Source of the DNA: a virus | DNA length: 64,000 nucleotides | IMG/VR virus record: IMGVR_UViG_3300044798_000325 | Location: 5,165-69,164 of that record | Direction: 5' to 3' (one strand) | Shown: in pieces, positions 62,253 through 64,000 of the stretch | How positions within the stretch are numbered: position 1 is the stretch's first letter | Layout: the number at the start of each line of letters is the position of its first letter | The notes under the pieces: generated by a model | Database searches by the model: none | What the model saw: only the letters and a program-made list of their open reading frames with translations | What the model was told of the DNA's origin: nothing | Program-made: the position numbers and the translations under genes

Positions 62253-62600
62253 TCAGAATTTCAATTTTACGCCTTTACGCTTATAAGCTGGGACATCGAG
62301 CTCATCTTCCTCCGATAGGCCAGGTTTAACAGGATTCTCGGGCTCATCCTCAGATGGGTCTGGTTTAATCTGCAATGACATTTTTCGCTCCTCAATCGTC
62401 ATATTAAAAACTTCAAAATGTATTCTCTCGGTGTAATCATTTAATTCCTTTTGATAAATAGCATTTAATCTCCTGGCTGCAGTCAGATATCCGTTTATAA
62501 ACTGCTGCGAATCTGACGAGGCAGAACCTGTCGCCTTGATACTATTGTAGTGTTCACGCAGGAGCTGCCCCAGAAAATTTAGGTAAATATCTTTGGTCAT
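62253..62600 (-). CDS. Hypothetical protein
   Basis: GAGG RBS; 115-aa ORF. Confidence 0.7.
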   Translation of the reverse strand: MTKDIYLNFLGQLLREHYNSIKATGSASSDSQQFINGYLTAARRLNAIYQKELNDYTERIHFEVFNMTIEERKMSLQIKPDPSEDEPENPVKPGLSEEDELDVPAYKRKGVKLKF

Positions 62601-62672
62601 ACGTAATTACCTCATGATGTGCCTTTAAGGGACTGTAAAGATTCAATCATGGTCATCGATCTATCCGGGAAT

Positions 62673-63089
62673 TTATCGCAGGGAACCTGTCTTTTTCATA
62701 AATTCAGGATCTCTCTCAAGCTCCTTGGCAAGATTTTGAATCTCTCTTTGTACTTCCGGCGAAAAAGAATTAAAAGCGCCTTCCGGTCCAGACGTCTTCG
62801 CTGCATCAACATGCCTGACAGCATTTGCGCCGCTTTCCTGCATGATCATGAGGATAATATTTTCAAGTCTCTTTTGAATATTCGGCGGAAAAGCCAAGAG
62901 ACTTTGTCCTGCCTGCAATGCTCCGGCATTTTTGGAAGCATAATCCGCCCTCGCTGCTGGATCAGCAAAAAAACTTGCAAGTGCCGACATGGCGGCTTGA
63001 TGGGCATCATCCTGTGCCAGTCCATTACTTACCGATATACCTAAGAATAAAATTACAAAACCCAGCAGCCGTAAACATTTGAATCTCAT
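62673..63089 (-). CDS. Exported hypothetical protein
   Basis: N-terminal signal peptide (…SNGLA|QDD); GGAG RBS. Confidence 0.7.
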   Translation of the reverse strand: MRFKCLRLLGFVILFLGISVSNGLAQDDAHQAAMSALASFFADPAARADYASKNAGALQAGQSLLAFPPNIQKRLENIILMIMQESGANAVRHVDAAKTSGPEGAFNSFSPEVQREIQNLAKELERDPEFMKKTGSLR

Positions 63090-63097
63090 AACCGCTC

Positions 63098-63577
63098 CTA
63101 TTGGGGTAATAAGGCTTTAACCTGTTTCATCTCTTCCAAGAGTTCCATCACCGCCTGATAAATCTCCGGATCTTTACTTCCCCTCGCACCCGCTACGTTC
63201 ATGACCTTGATGCCATTCCGTCCGACCCATTCTTGGATCATCCTTGCGGCATCGGGGCAAAGGGTTGTTCCCAGGTCAATGTGAATCCACGGCTTCCGGT
63301 GCTGCTTCGCGAGTTCCCTTGTCAGTGCTGATCCCCCTGTTAGGATGCCATGAGAGACGATCAAGGTGCCGTCCGAATCAAGGACATTTTTCTCGGTTCG
63401 CTTGGAGTATTGACCGGTGGGCATCTCCTGAAGATGGTATTTCTCGGGGAGGGTGCCGTCCTCGGTCTTTCGCCCCTTTGGAACCCACCCGCCATACGGA
63501 AGGTTGTGCTTGATGGCAAAGTCCAAGGCTGCCCTGTCAGCGCCGGTCTGGCCGCCGGAGATAATTTTCTGGATCAT
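63098..63577 (-). CDS. SLOG-superfamily 'putative molybdenum carrier' protein
   Basis: KIISGGQTGADRAALD, GGWVPKGR..EDG, RTEKNV.DSDGTL, GGS.LT, NVAG.R.S. Confidence 0.9.
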   Translation of the reverse strand: MIQKIISGGQTGADRAALDFAIKHNLPYGGWVPKGRKTEDGTLPEKYHLQEMPTGQYSKRTEKNVLDSDGTLIVSHGILTGGSALTRELAKQHRKPWIHIDLGTTLCPDAARMIQEWVGRNGIKVMNVAGARGSKDPEIYQAVMELLEEMKQVKALLPQ

Positions 63578-63580
63578 CGC

Positions 63581-63781
63581 TCATCCTTTTCCCACCCGTT
63601 CGCTTTTCGGCAGGGTCGCCTGAATCTTTTTCATCTCCTCCAGGAGTTCCAGCTTTGTGACGATACCCTTACGGTCGAGCAGATTGATCAGGGCGTCCGA
63701 CTGAATTACTTCGGACCTGAGCAAATCCTCGAAGGTGACGACTTCTTTGGGATCGAGTATTTTAGCCATATATTCACTCAA
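63581..63781 (-). CDS. Small conserved hypothetical protein
   Basis: VTFEDLL.S..IQ.DALINLLDRKGI.TK.ELLEEMKK; the start may be a few codons downstream. Confidence 0.7.
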   Translation of the reverse strand: MSEYMAKILDPKEVVTFEDLLRSEVIQSDALINLLDRKGIVTKLELLEEMKKIQATLPKSERVGKG

Positions 63782-64000
63782 TCAGCTGGAGAGAAAATCC
63801 AGAACGGCTCTGTTAAATTCTTCCGGTTTCTCGAAATTCGGCATATGCCCGCACTGTTCAATGATGTGGAGTTTACTGTCGGGTATCTTCTCTTTGGCAT
63901 AATAGGCTTGCTTTAGAGGGATCATGGCATCCTGTTTCCCCCATATGATCAGGGTGGGTGATGTTATTCTGTGAAGGTTCATCATGGTTTCATTAAGAAA
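63782..64000 (-). CDS. Alpha/beta hydrolase, C-terminal part (truncated by the window edge)
   Basis: PTLIIWGKQD, CGHMPNFEKPEEFN catalytic Asp/His motifs. Confidence 0.85.
   Translation of the reverse strand, partial: FLNETMMNLHRITSPTLIIWGKQDAMIPLKQAYYAKEKIPDSKLHIIEQCGHMPNFEKPEEFNRAVLDFLSS

Overview
The window has three parts. (1) About 1-42,300 is the late region of a tailed (pro)phage, all on the + strand. It holds a methyltransferase and a glycosyltransferase among Ala/Ser-rich, C1q and collagen fibre genes, then tail/virion genes, and two coiled-coil proteins each with a 21-aa tandem array. It also holds a 6,813-aa DarB-like polyvalent protein (LPD1 metallopeptidase, DarA-C-like, N6-adenine MTase, SF2 helicase, PRTase-like, JAB/RadC, LPD38-like C-terminus) with at least one gene apparently overprinted in its +1 frame, and a lysis cassette. 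(2) About 42,700-58,600 is a more AT-rich defence island on the - strand. It contains an uncharacterised PIN-like/2TM protein, a complete IS1595-family element with passenger genes (23-bp TIRs, 8-bp TSD), Gabija, a type I R-M system and a decayed TA module, punctuated by three related palindromes. (3) About 58,700-64,000 holds host-like genes (recD2, YheU family, SLOG, alpha/beta hydrolase). I saw no integrase, tRNA, rRNA, CRISPR array or reverse transcriptase. All domain calls come from motif recognition by eye, not from database searches.
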